A stretch of 64,000 nucleotides of DNA, taken from positions 423,439 through 487,438 of the forward strand of contig NW_005434617.1 of assembly GCF_000315625.1 (NCBI RefSeq), written 5' to 3'. Shown here piece by piece: positions 11,154-24,388 of this stretch (its first letter is position 1; each line of letters opens with the position of its first letter). This stretch comes from Guillardia theta CCMP2712. Taxonomy: Eukaryota; Protista; Cryptophyta. A program made the position numbers and the translations under genes. The notes beneath the pieces are model-generated. The model ran no database searches. It was not told where the DNA came from and saw only the letters and a program-made list of their open reading frames with translations.

Positions 11154-13169
11154 AACGGTTTCAAGTCACCTGCAGCACTGTAACATGGTCTCGGCTGTTC
11201 CTCGGATAATCCCAACATTCTCCGACATGATACGAGAATACTTCTGGTCCATGTACCTCGCAAACGCCCCGACGATGAATCGGTCGCAAGTCCACGTGCA
11301 CCCGCACTGAGAGTCGAGAGGGTCGTGCGTGCTGCGATGGTCTGACCTCTCATCGACAGGCGCGACGCTCGCGTTCCAGACGTGAGACGAGTCGTGGACA
11401 GCGATGCTGTCCGCTGGGTCCCCGGGGGGGAGGATGATCACGTCCGACGAGGAGTTGGGGGAGGTTTCTGCAGCCAAGGACGCGTTCTCATGCGCGCCTG
11501 ACCGCAGGCCGGACGGGAAGGACTGAGGGAGGACACAGCTGACCGTCATGTAGAAGTTGGACGTGCACCTCTTGGCGATAAACTCTGAGATCAGTGAGCC
11601 TCCTCTGCTGATCTCTGGGTTGAGGTGGAACTTGTGCTGGTAGTCCACGTTGTACCTTATGGGCATCTCCCCGTCTGAGGTGCTCTCGATGTGGTGAGTC
11701 ACCAGCACCGTTCTCAGCTTGCGGAAGTTCTCAGCTGGGTACACGCTGGAGATCCAGTCGTCCATCCACCAGTCCATGAGCACGGGGGGGTAGTGGACCC
11801 CGAAGATGTGCAGGTGCGTGACGTGCACGAAGTCATGTGTCAGGATCCTCTCGTTCCCTTCCCGGCACGTGGGTCCCACCACCCCCACGTTGGGAGGCTT
11901 AAAGGAGAGCAGAGTACGGATGTAGGACGAGGTCCACGCGGTTCTGAACTCAGTGTCGTCGTTGATGCGGTAGATGTAGTCTGCCCCGTCCAGAGCCGCC
12001 GAGGAGGAGAGAAAGTTGAAGACGGGGCCTGGCTTCTTCAGCAAGTTCTCAAACCCCAGCACGGCTAGTTGCATCTCGACTCCGCGCTGGAGGTTGGGGT
12101 TGCGGATTTGGGTTTCGAAGTGAACCTTGATCTGCTGGAGGACCTGCTGGTTGTCGAAGAACAAGTCCCCCACGTCATACCCCATGTACACCGCATAGTC
12201 ATACCCCAGCTCGGCCGTCTGGCTGATCGACGGGAGGCAGAACCTGATCAGAGGGACCTCTTCGATGCCCTTCCAGCGGAAACCATGGGAAGTGACAGGG
12301 ATGAGAACGGCGACACGGGGGAACTTGACTCCTGTCCTCTCCCTCCACATCGCCCTCTTCTTCCTCCTCGCTGCCTCCCAGATCCCTTCCGTTGTGATAG
12401 AGAAGGGCAGGTTTATCCGTCTCGACCTCGAGAACCAGCTCCCCGTCTCCTTGCTCGCCTGCAGCTGCACAGCGCTGGCGTCGCACCCCACGCTCGTGAA
12501 GCAGTCGCAGTTGAGGCTGGTCCACTCCTCCTGCAGCGATTTGGGCAGCCACCCCCACGACCGACCGGGGAGGACGCTATACTTCTTCTCCATGTCCTTG
12601 CACTTGGTCCCTGCCCCCTGGTTACTCAGTACGCTTCTTTTCTCGTCCAGGAGCTCATCGCAACGAAGGTCCCTCCACAGTCTCTTCTCCTCCTGCGGCT
12701 GGGAGGAATGTCCCCGCATCCGCTGCTTCCTCCACAGGCTGTCAAGGTTGCGGCATCGCTGCTTGTCGCGACTAAATTCGTCCTTGTCCTGCACCACCCG
12801 AGTCCTCGAGCTCCAGGAGTCGAGGCCTTTGGACTCTCCCGTTTCGATCTGACTGTGGAAGGAGAAGTGTAACGTCGTCACAAATATGATGACGAACAAG
12901 AGCAGCGTGTACAAGTTCGATCGGCAGGGGTAGAAGATACAGCTCAACAGTTCTGACGTGAACACGGCACAAGTAGCAAACGCGTCCTGCATGCATTCCT
13001 CCACGTCGGTGGAGTCTGGATCTATCGCTCTCTTCATAGATCCTCGCTCAGGTTTCTTCACCTTCCTCACCTGCCTCGGCTGCATCAGCAGCTTCGGCTG
13101 AAACTTCTTGGGTTTCTCCATGCTCGAAACGGTTCCAACCCTTGAACTCGGCCCTCCCCGTGCAGTCAA
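10006..13169 (-). CDS. Type II membrane GT-A-fold glycosyltransferase-like protein with C-terminal PAN/apple-like and EF-hand-like modules (multi-exon)
   Basis: TM segment LYTLLLFVIIFVTTLHF. GT motifs RVAVLIPVTS, YMGYDVGD, YIYRINDDTEF, NVGVVGP, THDFVH, DWWMDDWIS. Cys pattern QCCR/LCQESSTCEYFRYEDGICSY. EF-loop DKNVDNLVDHEE. The 3' end is approximate. Confidence 0.75.
11026..11152. repeat. Compound intronic microsatellite (GGA)n(GGT)n(GAT)n
   Basis: Directly visible. Confidence 0.9.
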
Positions 13170-13718
13170 GGCATGAGCTTCAGCTCCTCCTCCTCCTCCT
13201 CATCGTCGCATCTTCCAGTCCCTAGTCGGTCCAACTCTCTCCCCTCACTTCCTCGAGCTCTCCCCCCCACCCCCTTCCCTCCCATAGCTCCATGCCACCA
13301 CGCCATCGCAAACGATGTGGCGAGGATGAGTGGGGATGAGGGCTACATAGCGCCTTTTGTGTACGGGCATGAAGGGGATGAGGGTGAAGATGTTTCAGTC
13401 AATTCTGAAGTGAACACCGCGATGGCTACGCATGTGCGGGGCGGGACGGGGGGAGGAGGAGGAGGAGGGGGAAAGGGAGAGGGAGGGAAGGATAACGATG
13501 GCATGGGGAAGAAGGATAAGAAGAGATGTGTTGGGGTAGGAAGCCAAGAGAGGACAGCAAGCCGTAGAGCTCAAGTAGACGAGGGTTTAGGGGAGGAATG
13601 GGCGTGGCATGGCAACAAGATGCGAGTTATGGCACAGACAAGAAGGGGGAGGAGAGGAAGGAGCGACGAGGAGCAACTTTCTTTGGTTCTGACCTCTTGC
13701 TTGTCAAGACCCGTTCCC

Positions 13719-15740
13719 ATGCCACGAGACTACTATGAAGTGCTCGGGGTTCAGAAGAGTGCGGAAAAGCGGGACATCGAAAAAGCGTACTGAAGCACTG
13801 ACCTGTTCTGGATGGCGGTAAAAGTCTTGCAGGTACAAGAAGTTAGCGTTAAAATGGCACCCGGACAAGAATCCTGATCGTCCTCAGCATGCCGAGGTAG
13901 AGAGCACGTGGAGCTTTCTTCAAATCAACTCAAACATTGAATGCAGAAAATGTTCAAGGAGATCAACGAGGCGTATCAGGTGGGCGGCAGCTGGATATGT
14001 CGATGCATCATGGCTGATCATGTCGCCTCCATCAGATCCTCACCGACGACCAGAAGAGAGCTCGATACGATCAGTTCGGACACGAAGGCGCCAACATGGG
14101 AATGGGTGGAGGCGCTAGGCATGGAGGGATGTACGCGCAGGAGTACGTGGAAGCTGCTGATGCGAGAGAGGAGCGTGTGACATGCTGTGTGGCAGGATGA
14201 GACCAGAAGATCTCTTCAACTTCTTCGACCACATGGGTTCTGGTGCGACTCCCCTCCACGTCATCTCACTTTCCCCCTCCTTCCTTGTCCTCCTCCTCTT
14301 CCCTCCCCTCTCCCGCCACCCGCAGCATCGTCGACCGTCACCGACTGCTTTCAGGCTTTGCCTTCGGTCCTGGCGTGCATTTCCGGTTTGGGCCTGGAGG
14401 AGCTCGTTACTATCACGGTTTGAACTGCACCTGAGCTTGAAGTCCTTGACACTTTTCTTTTGTCTTGCTGTTGTTTTTCCATGCGATGTTGTGTACTGGT
14501 TGCTTCTTTCTGCCTTCCTCTTGTTGTTGCAGCAAGAGGTAACACCTGTTGTCTGATGCCAGTGATTGTTGTCTGATGTCTGACTTTTGGCTGCCTTCAA
14601 GTGTGATTGTGTTACCGAAATCGTAATTTTGTGTTTTTGTGGTGTTCAGGATCGACAAGGAGACAGGCGCCTCAACAGCCTGATAGCACTTTTGGACTTT
14701 TGCAGGTCAGTTGTCCTCACCTCCATCTTCATCTTCATCTTCATCTTCATCTTCATCTTCATCTTCACTTTTCCTCTGCCTCTTCATCTTCATCTTCATC
14801 TTTGTCCATCTTCCATCCTTTGTGTCACTACCTTATACACCTTGTTGCTGACTGCTTTCTCAGCTGATGCCGATCTTGTTGATGTTCCTCTTCATGTTCA
14901 GCAATTTCTCAACCAACGAGAAATCTTCGACAGCCTCCCAGGTTCTGCTCGACATCAAAACGACAACCTTCTTGACCTCCCGTAGTTCACGTTTGAGAGA
15001 GATTCCATCCACATTGTGAAGCGAAGCTCTTCCATGCGAGGAGTTCCATACTACGTCAGACCAGCCTTCGAGAGTGCGGTAGATACATTGCTCTCCTCTC
15101 CTCTCCACTCGCCTCGTCCCGTCCGCAGTCCTGCTTCGCTGTGCAGTGCTCTGCTCTGCTCTTCTCTGCTCCCCTATGCTTTCCTGTCCTTTGCTCTTCC
15201 ATGCTCTCTTCTGTGCTCCTCTGCTCTGCTCCTCCATCTCCTCCCCCTCCCAACTCTCTTCTCCCCTTTACTCTTCACGCTCGTTTGCTCACATGCTTGC
15301 TGTAGATGCATGCTCGCTTCGGGGATCGATCACACTGGATGGAAGAGTTTGACGTGCGTTCCTCCTGGTGCTCCTTGTGCTCCTGAGAAAACTTGTGGCA
15401 GGTGCGGGTGGAGGCAGACTATCACGCGAAGCTGCGGAAAGATTGCGATGCGGAGACGAAGAAGAGGGAGAAGCAGATGAAGGTGCAGAGAGTGGAGCAT
15501 GAAGGATGCAAGGGAGAATTGGATGGGGGGAGAGGGAAGGGAGAGAAGGGAGGAGAGGAGGGAAGGAAGTTGAGGGAGGGGAGGAGGGGAGGGAGTTGAG
15601 GGGATGAAGAGAGGAGAAGGAGCTGACTTGGTCGGCAGTCGGCGATGGTGAGTGAGAGCGTCGAGGAGATGAAGAAATCATTCTCCGACACGATGCCCAG
15701 CTGCGAGAAGCTCTACGATGTCTTTGGGGATTTTTACTGA
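13719..15740 (+). CDS. J-domain protein, DnaJB12/B14-like (J domain, G/F region, TM segment, DUF1977-like lumenal domain); multi-exon
   Basis: MPRDYYEVLGV..KA|YKKLALKWHPDKNP (HPD motif)..FKEINEAYQ|ILTDDQKRARYDQFG. TM LMPILLMFLFMFSNF. GVPYYV..F, VEADYHAKLRKDC and MPSCEKL are typical of DUF1977. Confidence 0.85.
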
Positions 15741-15769
15741 TAGTCGTCATGCTACGAGTGTTAACTAGA

Positions 15770-18700
15770 ATCATGGTCTTCCTGCTCTGCTTGCCCGGCC
15801 AGCTCGAGGAGGTTCAGATCTGTGGAGCCTCCCCTGCCCCCCTCCCCTCCTGCATGAAGGAATTTCGCCAGCCCCTGCACATGCTGCGAGTTGAGGAGAG
15901 CAGCGTCGGCAGGCAGAGCTTACCTGTAGGAGGACAACCACTGGCCGAACTCTCCCGACGATCCCAACCATCTGCGTCGAGCCATCACTCGAGAGCTACC
16001 AGGTCTGCCCACCTACATGTCCAGCTGATGCCGCCATGGGGGCCGACGATATGGAGACTATCACGCTGAGCTCAGTAGGAGAGCAGGAGCAGGAGAGGAA
16101 GCGGGACGGGGAAAGTGACGATTGAGAGGGGATAGTTGTAGAGGAGGAACAGCAGCAGCAGCACCCGCAGCAGGTGGGGGGGGGGGGGGAAGGGGCAGCA
16201 GCAGCAGCAGACCTCCTGTGGGCGAAACAAGGACATGGGACGACAAGGTTTTCTCGCGCTGCAACAAGATGAGAAGAAGAAGGAGCTGAGAACTTGTTAC
16301 ATGTCATACTGCCTTGCCCCCGACGGGTAGAAACATCCTTCCCCAGCTGTAGCGTTACAGTCTGCAACTCTCTTGATGCCAACCTGCCATTCTCTCATAC
16401 TCAGTAGACACTTGCCTCCTCCTCCTCGTTCGCCTCTCCTCTCTCCTCCTCTCTCCTCTCTCCTCCACTTGTCCTCCACCTCGCTCCTCCTCTCCTCTCT
16501 TCTCCTCTTCCTCCTCCTCCTCACATCAAGCCCGAACTCCTTCTCCAATGAGTCGCCGTAGACGCGTCGACGCACAGCTCGCCTGCCGACAGGTTTAGGA
16601 GGGTCAAGAGGCGTCTGCGAGGACCTCGAGTAGAAGTGATCGATGGCTGAGGCTAGCGGGAGGTTGGCGGGGGACCTGAAGCGTCTTCAGCGACCGATGG
16701 GAGGGGAGGGATAGCTGACGGCTCGAAGGGAGGAACCATGCTGCCCTCCACTTGCGGGAAGACGTCGGGGATCGTTTCCTAGGTCGAGCTGGCGTCAGGG
16801 GCGAGGGAGAGGCAGGTTTCTCAGCTGCTGTGTCACCTGCCAGCGGCTCAAAGCATCTTCCCTGGTCAACAGCAGACTCACAACGTCTTCAGACCTGCGC
16901 TGCAACATCAGCGCCACGTGTCTACAACGAGCTCATGCTCGGATAAAGCACCATCTGTTCCCCCATACCCCTCTAATTCCTGCTCCATGCTCGCATGTCT
17001 CTCTGCTATGTGTTCTACCTCTCCCCCTTCCCCCTCTCCTCCCGTTTTGTCATCGTTCTGCTCTTTTTGCTTCCTAGAAGCCTCTCCACATCTGATCTGA
17101 TCTCATCTCATCTCATCGCATCGCATCTCGTCTCATCTCGTTCTCTCATCTTCCACGCTTCTCTTCTTCACCTTCCCGACGCGACCAGACCGAGGTACAA
17201 GATGTTGTACTTGGTCTGCAGCACTTGCTGAAGCACTCCGATCTGAAGGTTGCACCTGCAGCACGTGAGAGGAGACGAGGAGGAAGAGGAGACAGGCACG
17301 GGTCTGAGGTCGTGCAGTTCTTGACGTAAGACTGGAAGCTGAACGCGTCTACTCGGACTGTTTGCGGGAAGATTGTGACGAGACCAGTCGCTGCTTCGAC
17401 CTGCCAGTAACCTCAGACGAGGAGACGGAGAAGGAAGGGAGGACGGGAGCGATGCGAGTACCGTTGCGCTGGTCAGCAGGGCGTCAAAGCGAAGCTGTGG
17501 CATGGTGATGTTCCAGAAGAGGTCGGCTCGAAGAGTTGGAGTCTCAGCAGAGACGGCATTGTTCTCCTGCTCGCGCGCTCATCTTCCAGCATTCTTCATC
17601 CTCACTCACCATCGCAGACCCGAGCAGCCCGTCAGAGGACGTCACCACAGCTCCCAGCACCGAGCAGGTGCCCCCGCTGCAGTCTTGAGCCATGGCGGTC
17701 ACGAGGGTCTGATCCACCCACATGTCCCTCCCGTTGGCTTGAGGCTCATCAGCAGCAGGTCGCAGGAGGCGACGCGTTACATTTGTTGGCGGCAAACTGC
17801 TCGAAGAAGCACAACTCGTAGGCGCAGGCGGACGATGACCTGCGATGAGCGTCAGGCATGGGGGGGCTCGCGTGCGAGTCACTTGGACGCGAGCTTCCTC
17901 TGCTGGCAGCACTGCATGTCTGCCGTGAACGCGTCGAGGCCCTGGCTCATCCGGTACTCGATGCCTGCGAGGGACGTCAGGCGCTCGACCGGAGGAGGAG
18001 CAAGAGGCGTCACAGCATTCAATGTCGGCTGCCAGCTGCGACTCGCCGTTGAGTTGCCGTCTGAAGGAGATGCAGCAAGACATGAAGGCGCTCTCGTAGC
18101 CCTAGTTGACATGCTCACTAGACCTCTCAGCCATCGAGCTCGTTACATTCGCCGGAGATGCCCCGAAGAGAATATTTGTACATAAACTCGTGCAGTTTGG
18201 CAGCATGTTGCAGACAGTCATGCAGTCAGGGAACTTGGTTGCCTGCCTCATTGTGAGCACAACACAACAGCAGTCGTGCCAGACCGTAGAGCACTCTGGA
18301 GGATTGAAGTTGGGATCTTCACAGATAGTGCAAGCTCTGTCAGGCTCGCGTCAACCGCAAGATAGACGAGGGTAGCGAGCACTTGTTGCCGTTTGCCTGG
18401 GGAGCGATGTTGAATGCTGTGCAACCCGCGCCGTACTGCTGGAAGACCTGAGGAGGATGCTCAATATCAGCACGAGCACAGGCAGCTACCAGACTTGGAA
18501 GGACTGATCCAGCATCGAGTAGATTCTTGTTGCTATGGCCGAAGGAAACAGTGAGGGCCTGGGATATGGTTGCGTGAGAGCTGGAGGTAGCAGATGGTAG
18601 AGTCTCATACACATGGTTGCATCTGTATTCGCATGTCTGCGAGACGGAGTTCCAAGAGCAGGCACGAGTGAACGTCTGGGAGGAGTGAGAGGAGGCAAGA

Positions 18701-19280
18701 GAAGGAGCAAGTGTCGTCACAGTGGAGTAGATCGCAGCGAGGTCGGCAAAGGAGGAGATGGTTCGGCCTGCAGGGTTCAGTGTCACATGCTCGAGCAGCA
18801 CACGAGCAGCCAACTACCGCTGATCATCTGACTTGCGTCCGTAGAGGGCGAGGCGCACGCGGCAGCAGTTGCGAACACGTCACATTGAGCCTGCACAATA
18901 TCAATGGGAGGAGGGACATGCGGGAAGGTAGTCTGCCTGTCCAGCATTGAGCTGCTGTATGCTGATGCCTTGACACCAGGGCAGGAGAGACGAGAACAAG
19001 GCCGAGAAGAGGAGGAAACGTACACCAGAGCGCTCGCTCCCTTGCTCCTCCTTCTTTCCTCGCTCCCGCAATGATTTCATCCTTGCTTGCTTGAAGCAAC
19101 CATCGCCTCCTTGCAGGCCCCTCCTCCTTCTCACTCTCTCCGCCTCCAACGGTCTCTTCGATCTCACACCCTTGCCTCTACCCTCTCTCGTCACCTGTAC
19201 ATGTCCTGCTCATTGCTCTGTACATCCAATGCACCACAATCGAAGCTGCCAGGTTAGCTGCCGAACTTGTCGGGCCTTCA
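15770..19280 (-). CDS. Multi-exon cysteine-rich hypothetical protein, possibly secreted
   Basis: A chain of short minus-strand exon-like segments (CSWNSVSQTCEYRC, QYGAGCTAFNIAP, CNLQIGVLQQVLQTKYNILYLG, VADCNATAGEGCFYP) separated by GT-AG introns with microsatellites. Boundaries are approximate. Confidence 0.45.
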
Positions 19281-19999
19281 TGCGTGGGGTAGGCATGTCA
19301 TCAACGCTGGTGGGCAACCTTTACTCTCCTCTTAATTCTTCGTTTTCTTCCCTCTGCTCTTCTTCATTCTGTTTTTTGACTCCTTCCCTTTCCCTCTCCC
19401 ACCCTCATCAGATCCTTCCAACTTCACTCGCGTTGCTCCGCTTCTGATCTTCCCTGTCCTGACTCGTCCTCCTCTATGCATCTCTTCCGTCCTTGAACAC
19501 TCCTCTCTTGTCCTCCCCGATCCTCCTCGCTGCTCGCAAGCTCCTCGACCTCTTCATCCTTCAACCGCTTCCTCGTCCACCTGTAGCTACTGGATAGCAA
19601 CACAAATGTTTTTAATTATAGTATTATTGTCTTTACTCATCAACACTTTCAGTACAAATCTTATGGGCACAAAGATTTGTACATGGTACAAAGTCACTTT
19701 TAAAATGAAATCATCAAGTCTGCCTAGTGAAGGGTCTAATAATTATTGAAAGACAGCAAAATGTCACTTAAGTCGTACGAGCGATTCATTAGTTGGGCAG
19801 CAGTGCGGAAAGCAGAAGACTTTGTCGAGAGTGAAGAAGGAGGGGTACCGTTCATAGCATTGAAAGGGGATGGATGAGGGGTGGTCGAACAAGCCGTTGA
19901 GGGAAATGATGGTGGTACAGCGAAATGAGAGGGAAGGAGTTGAGTGAGGGCAGTCCTAGCTGAGATTCTTCACATTGCTAGTGATTCGATAGCGTCAAC

Positions 20000-20890
20000 A
20001 TGGCCGAACAAGACATGGTTCACTTCAAAGTAGGAGGAGAACGATTCCAGATCAGCAGAGACTATCTCTTGTACGATCAGGAAAGCATACTGTTCAAGAT
20101 GGTAGATGGAACATGGAACACGCTGAGGGACGAGGATGGATGCATTATCATCGACCGAGATCCGATTAGATTCCGCGTCCTCACCAATTTCCTGCGAACG
20201 AGAGAACTTGTTCTCGACTACGGCGTCACTGCATCCGGCATTCTCCAAGAGGCTAGCTTCTTCCAGCTGGAAGAACTTTCCCGCGCAGCTGCGGCCAAAG
20301 CAGATGAAAGCGACGAGCTTCGCCTTCTTACCTTGTATGTGGACGAAAGGAGGGGGAAGCTCCTCTGCCGCAGAGGAGAAGGAGAGGAGAAGATCCCCTC
20401 CAAAGCTGGCCTGACCATCTCCTTGTTCCGGGAAGCCCTCGTCCTTGTCTCACTGCATCTCGGCAAGGTTTCAGGCTTCAGCGTCAGCATCGCCTGCGGG
20501 TCTGATGGCAAGGAGGAGGAGAGACCTGCTGTGTGGAAGACAGAGGACAGCAGGAAGCAATCCGCCATGTTTCGGCTGAGTGCAGGAGAGCATTCCATCC
20601 GGCTCAACTTCACAGCCCGGGGATCGGGTGCCTTCAACGAAGTGAGTGAGGAGACAGTGAGGATATCCGACCTTAGACCACATGGCAGATTGCGAGCGTG
20701 TACGGACCTCTGAGACTTGAAGTGTGGAGGAAGAAGAACCTCTCCCTATGCTCGCTGCCATGTAACGTACCAGCAGGTATCCGAGCGTCAAGTACGAATG
20801 GATAGAAGGTTGGCATGACAGCATCACCCCCGAGAAAGTCGACAAGGTCAAGACTGATCTGCTTCACTCTTGTCGTGGCTGAAACGATGA
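20000..20890 (+). CDS. BTB/POZ (KCTD/T1-type) domain protein
   Basis: VHFKVGGERFQISRDYL...ILFKM...DEDGCIIIDRDPIRFRVLTNFLRT...ILQEASFFQLEEL is the T1-type BTB signature. The main ORF is 20000-20713, with probable short 3' exons. Confidence 0.85.
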
Positions 20891-21148
20891 CTCTCAGTGG
20901 AGAGCGAAGGTGCAGGACAACAGCATGCTAGCTGACTCGCGAGAGATCGGTGAGCCGCCTCTTGCCAGCCCAATGACCATGACACGCTTTACAGCTGCAG
21001 CCATGAGTGCGATCCTTCAGTCATGTCAGGGCGAGTGACTCAACTCAGCTGCTGGAGCCTGCAATGAGTCAACAAGAGGAGAGATGAACTGAGAGATATG
21101 GCATGCCCCTGTTCATTGTGTAAACTTTCCTTGCTCTAGCGACGCTCC

Positions 21149-24100
21149 CTACAAATATTTTCGGGCCCACATGGTCAGATCCTTGGTTTCCTTATCGTCA
21201 GAATCGCTAGCCTGTGTAAAAGTTACAATTGAGAAAGACACCATCAAGACAGGCTCACCTGCTTCAAAACTTCCATGATCGCTTGTGAGTTCAAGTGAGG
21301 CTTGATCCTCTCCTGATATGTTTCTCCCAAATCCCCGAGCAGACCAACTGCCTTCTTCAATGTCTCTTCCGTACTATTATTCACATTTGACATCGACTCT
21401 ATCAGCACAAGGCAGCCCTCCTTGAGAGCAACAGGAGTAAAGAATGCCTCGACCGCGCGGGCTGTTCCATCCTTCTCTGCCTGTTTCAATCCGTGCAAGA
21501 TACCCACATACCCATCGAAAACACCTTCTGTCAGGGCAGTCAAATAATTCCTCATGTCCTCGTCCTCTCCAGCTGCCAGGTCATTCTGAAGCTTCAAACA
21601 TGTCTGGCAAGCTGCCTGCAAAGCCCTGAACCAGTACTGTAGGTACTTCTCCATATCCTTAGTGATTGCCATCGCAATATCTCCAAAGCTAGAGCAAATT
21701 GCAGGCTTGATGTAATCGTGAACCTGAACGTAATCCGCATCAACTTCCGCTCGATGGAACACAGTCAGAAGCGCCTCCACAAGAGGATCACAATACTGAG
21801 TTACATTCCCCTCCAGGCATCGTGCTAAGTCAGATACAGTTGTCACTGCGAGGACACAGAGAGGAGCGTCATGACAGGCATGAACGCAACTGACCAAGAT
21901 GGGACCAAACGAAGCCATGTACCTCTGGAAGCCCTGCTCGAGTACATTCAACACCGTATCCACTGCTAACAATGCTTCCTGAGCCGCCATTGTATTCTGT
22001 GAGCTAAAAACTTGGAGGAAGAGAGTCATTAGCTTGTCTGCCAAGGAAAGGCCACTGGCATCAGCCACCATGAGCACGTCAGTCTTGCCACTCATGTTGC
22101 CAATGCACGTCTGAATGGCACCGCAGAAGAAGCTCTGCCACTCACTTCGAGTATTGTTGTCATCCGCGTTCAGCACCTGCATGGTGAAGGTTTGATTCAA
22201 CCTTTCACCAAGCATAGGGAGGAGCACAGGGACAATGAACGATTCGACAACTGGTGTCGCACCAGGGCACTTGCTCGGATTTGCTGTTGCTATCAACGCA
22301 TTCAGAGCCTCGTATGCCGTTGCTCTCAGATTATCTTCAGAGGCATCCTGACGGTCTCCAGTAGCAATCAAGCATTCCACAGTGGACACGAACACGTTAC
22401 TGAGCGGAAATTGGTTCAAAGCTGTGGGCAAATCCTCCAAGAATGCAACAAGGTTCGAAGAAATATGGTGGATGCACCAGCAGAGATGATTGGCTGTCTT
22501 AGGCTCGGCACCTGGAATCACCATGCAAATCTGAGGAACAAGCTGCTCAAGATGGTCCTTGATGAAATTGAAGTTCATTTCACAGACTCTCATCAGAGTC
22601 CATGCTGACGAGTTCTTGATGAGCAACTGCTCAGTATCCTGGCTGTCCTTCTTCAAATAGGCAAGAACGTTATCAAGCATCTGTGTGGCATTCATCGCTT
22701 GAGTCAGCAGCTGGTCGTCTGGTCCATCCATGATGCACCCAAAGGCCACGATGGCTGCTTCACAAAGTCTCCAGTTAGATTCTCTGACATGTTGGCCGAC
22801 CCATGGCACAACTTTCTCAACAACTTCATCTCTGATAACTTGAGAGATGGAAGCCAAGCAGAACGCTGCTTCTGTCGACTTGTTGAACGACTCGTCATCT
22901 TGACCTTCTTCTTGCTGTGCCATGGCAGTGAGCAAGACTGGAATCAAGTATTGAGCAGCACCCTTGACAAAATTGTTGCATCCAGATTCACCATCCAACA
23001 GGCGATCATACTCAACATCGCAGATTTGAATCCAGAAGGCGATGGCCTGCCTCGCCACTGCATCTGGCTGAGTTGAAATGGCGCTGATTGTCAACTCCAA
23101 GAGAGCTTGCATGTACTGCAAAAGCCTGTCGTAATACAACTCTGCAATGCGGCCAAGACACTGGAAAGCGTTCTCTCGGACCTAAGACGGCCTCAGCGAT
23201 CTAAGAAAACATGAGTGCCATGTTTACCTGCTCACTGGCCTGAGTGGTGCAAGCCTCGCAAATGACTTGCATGATGTAATTACGTTCAGCATCGACCTGG
23301 ATAATTTATCAAACTGACTGTGGACGTCTTTCAGCATTAGGAAGTGATGCCTGAAAGTTGCGGTCTGCAAACTCGAGGGCATTGGCAAGTGCTTGGGTTG
23401 CAGCGATCTTAATGTTCAGATCCTGCTCTTCCGTGCGCATTCCTGCTACGACCTGGAAAGGAGTCACCATAATTGCAAGCTTCGAATATCAGTCCTTTGA
23501 CACACCGCAGTCAAGATATCATTAGACTTGCTGTGAAGACAATCCGTTTCGAGCTGTGCAATCTCTTCGCAGATGTAACCGATGGTGTGTAGAGCAGCTT
23601 CTTTCTTAGCAACCCCTAGCAGAGCGACTGAGTGAATTGGCAGCGAAGTGTCAAGAGAATACCCGAAGGATTAGCTTCCGGTTTTACAACAAACGACAAG
23701 AGAGCTTGAACCAAGTCTTCCCATTGTTGCTGAACATCAAATACGGCACGTCAGAAACTCATCGTACCTGAAAACTGTCACGAATTCATAAGGTTCTTAC
23801 CTTGGGCAATTCAATGGTTGCAATTTTGGAAATGACTTGAGCTGAAGCCAAACGAACATCCTTTTGAGTGGATCCAAGAGCGTTCACACTGTTCAGCAGA
23901 TTAAACGGTAGAGGAGAATGTAAAGGTAGCTACCTGTTGGCTTTCACTTTATTCCTGATCTCTGGATTGAGGGACATCCAATCGTTTGCCAACTTCACCG
24001 CCTTTGACGCAGAGTGAGGATCAAACTCGAAGAAAACATGAGGAAAACTAAACCTGCTGGTGCTCTTTCGAAGTCATGTAGTTCTTGAGCAAGATACCAG

Positions 24101-24388
24101 CCAACGCTCGTCCTTGCGCAGAAGGAGAGCTCTCATCAGCAAGCTCTTGACTCAGGAGGCTGATGCAAATGTCAGAGTTCGAGGCATGAGCTCTCAGTGC
24201 ATCATACAAAAGGTGATTCGCTGGGTCAGTTTCGAACGATTGCTTGAGCTGAGCCTCAGCAGCATTTCGAACAGTGGCGTCTGCGTTCAAGGTCTCAGTC
24301 AGAGGTGTCTTGTTGCCATGATACGCAACATCCACATACCTGGATTTGTTGTCGCGATCAAGGCTTGTCGGATTGTTGTTGCGTCCAT
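21149..24388 (-). CDS. KPNB1: Importin subunit beta-1 (karyopherin beta 1), multi-exon
   Basis: IBN_N region (DATVRNAAEAQLKQ..LSQELADE..RALAGILLKNY), ASAQVISKIATIELP, LHTIGYICEE, ERNYIMQVICEA, AIAFWIQICDVE, WRLCEAAIVAFGCIMDGP, KPAICSSFGDIAMAI, AVGLLGDLG. The last exon ends TKDLTMWARKYL*. Confidence 0.95.
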
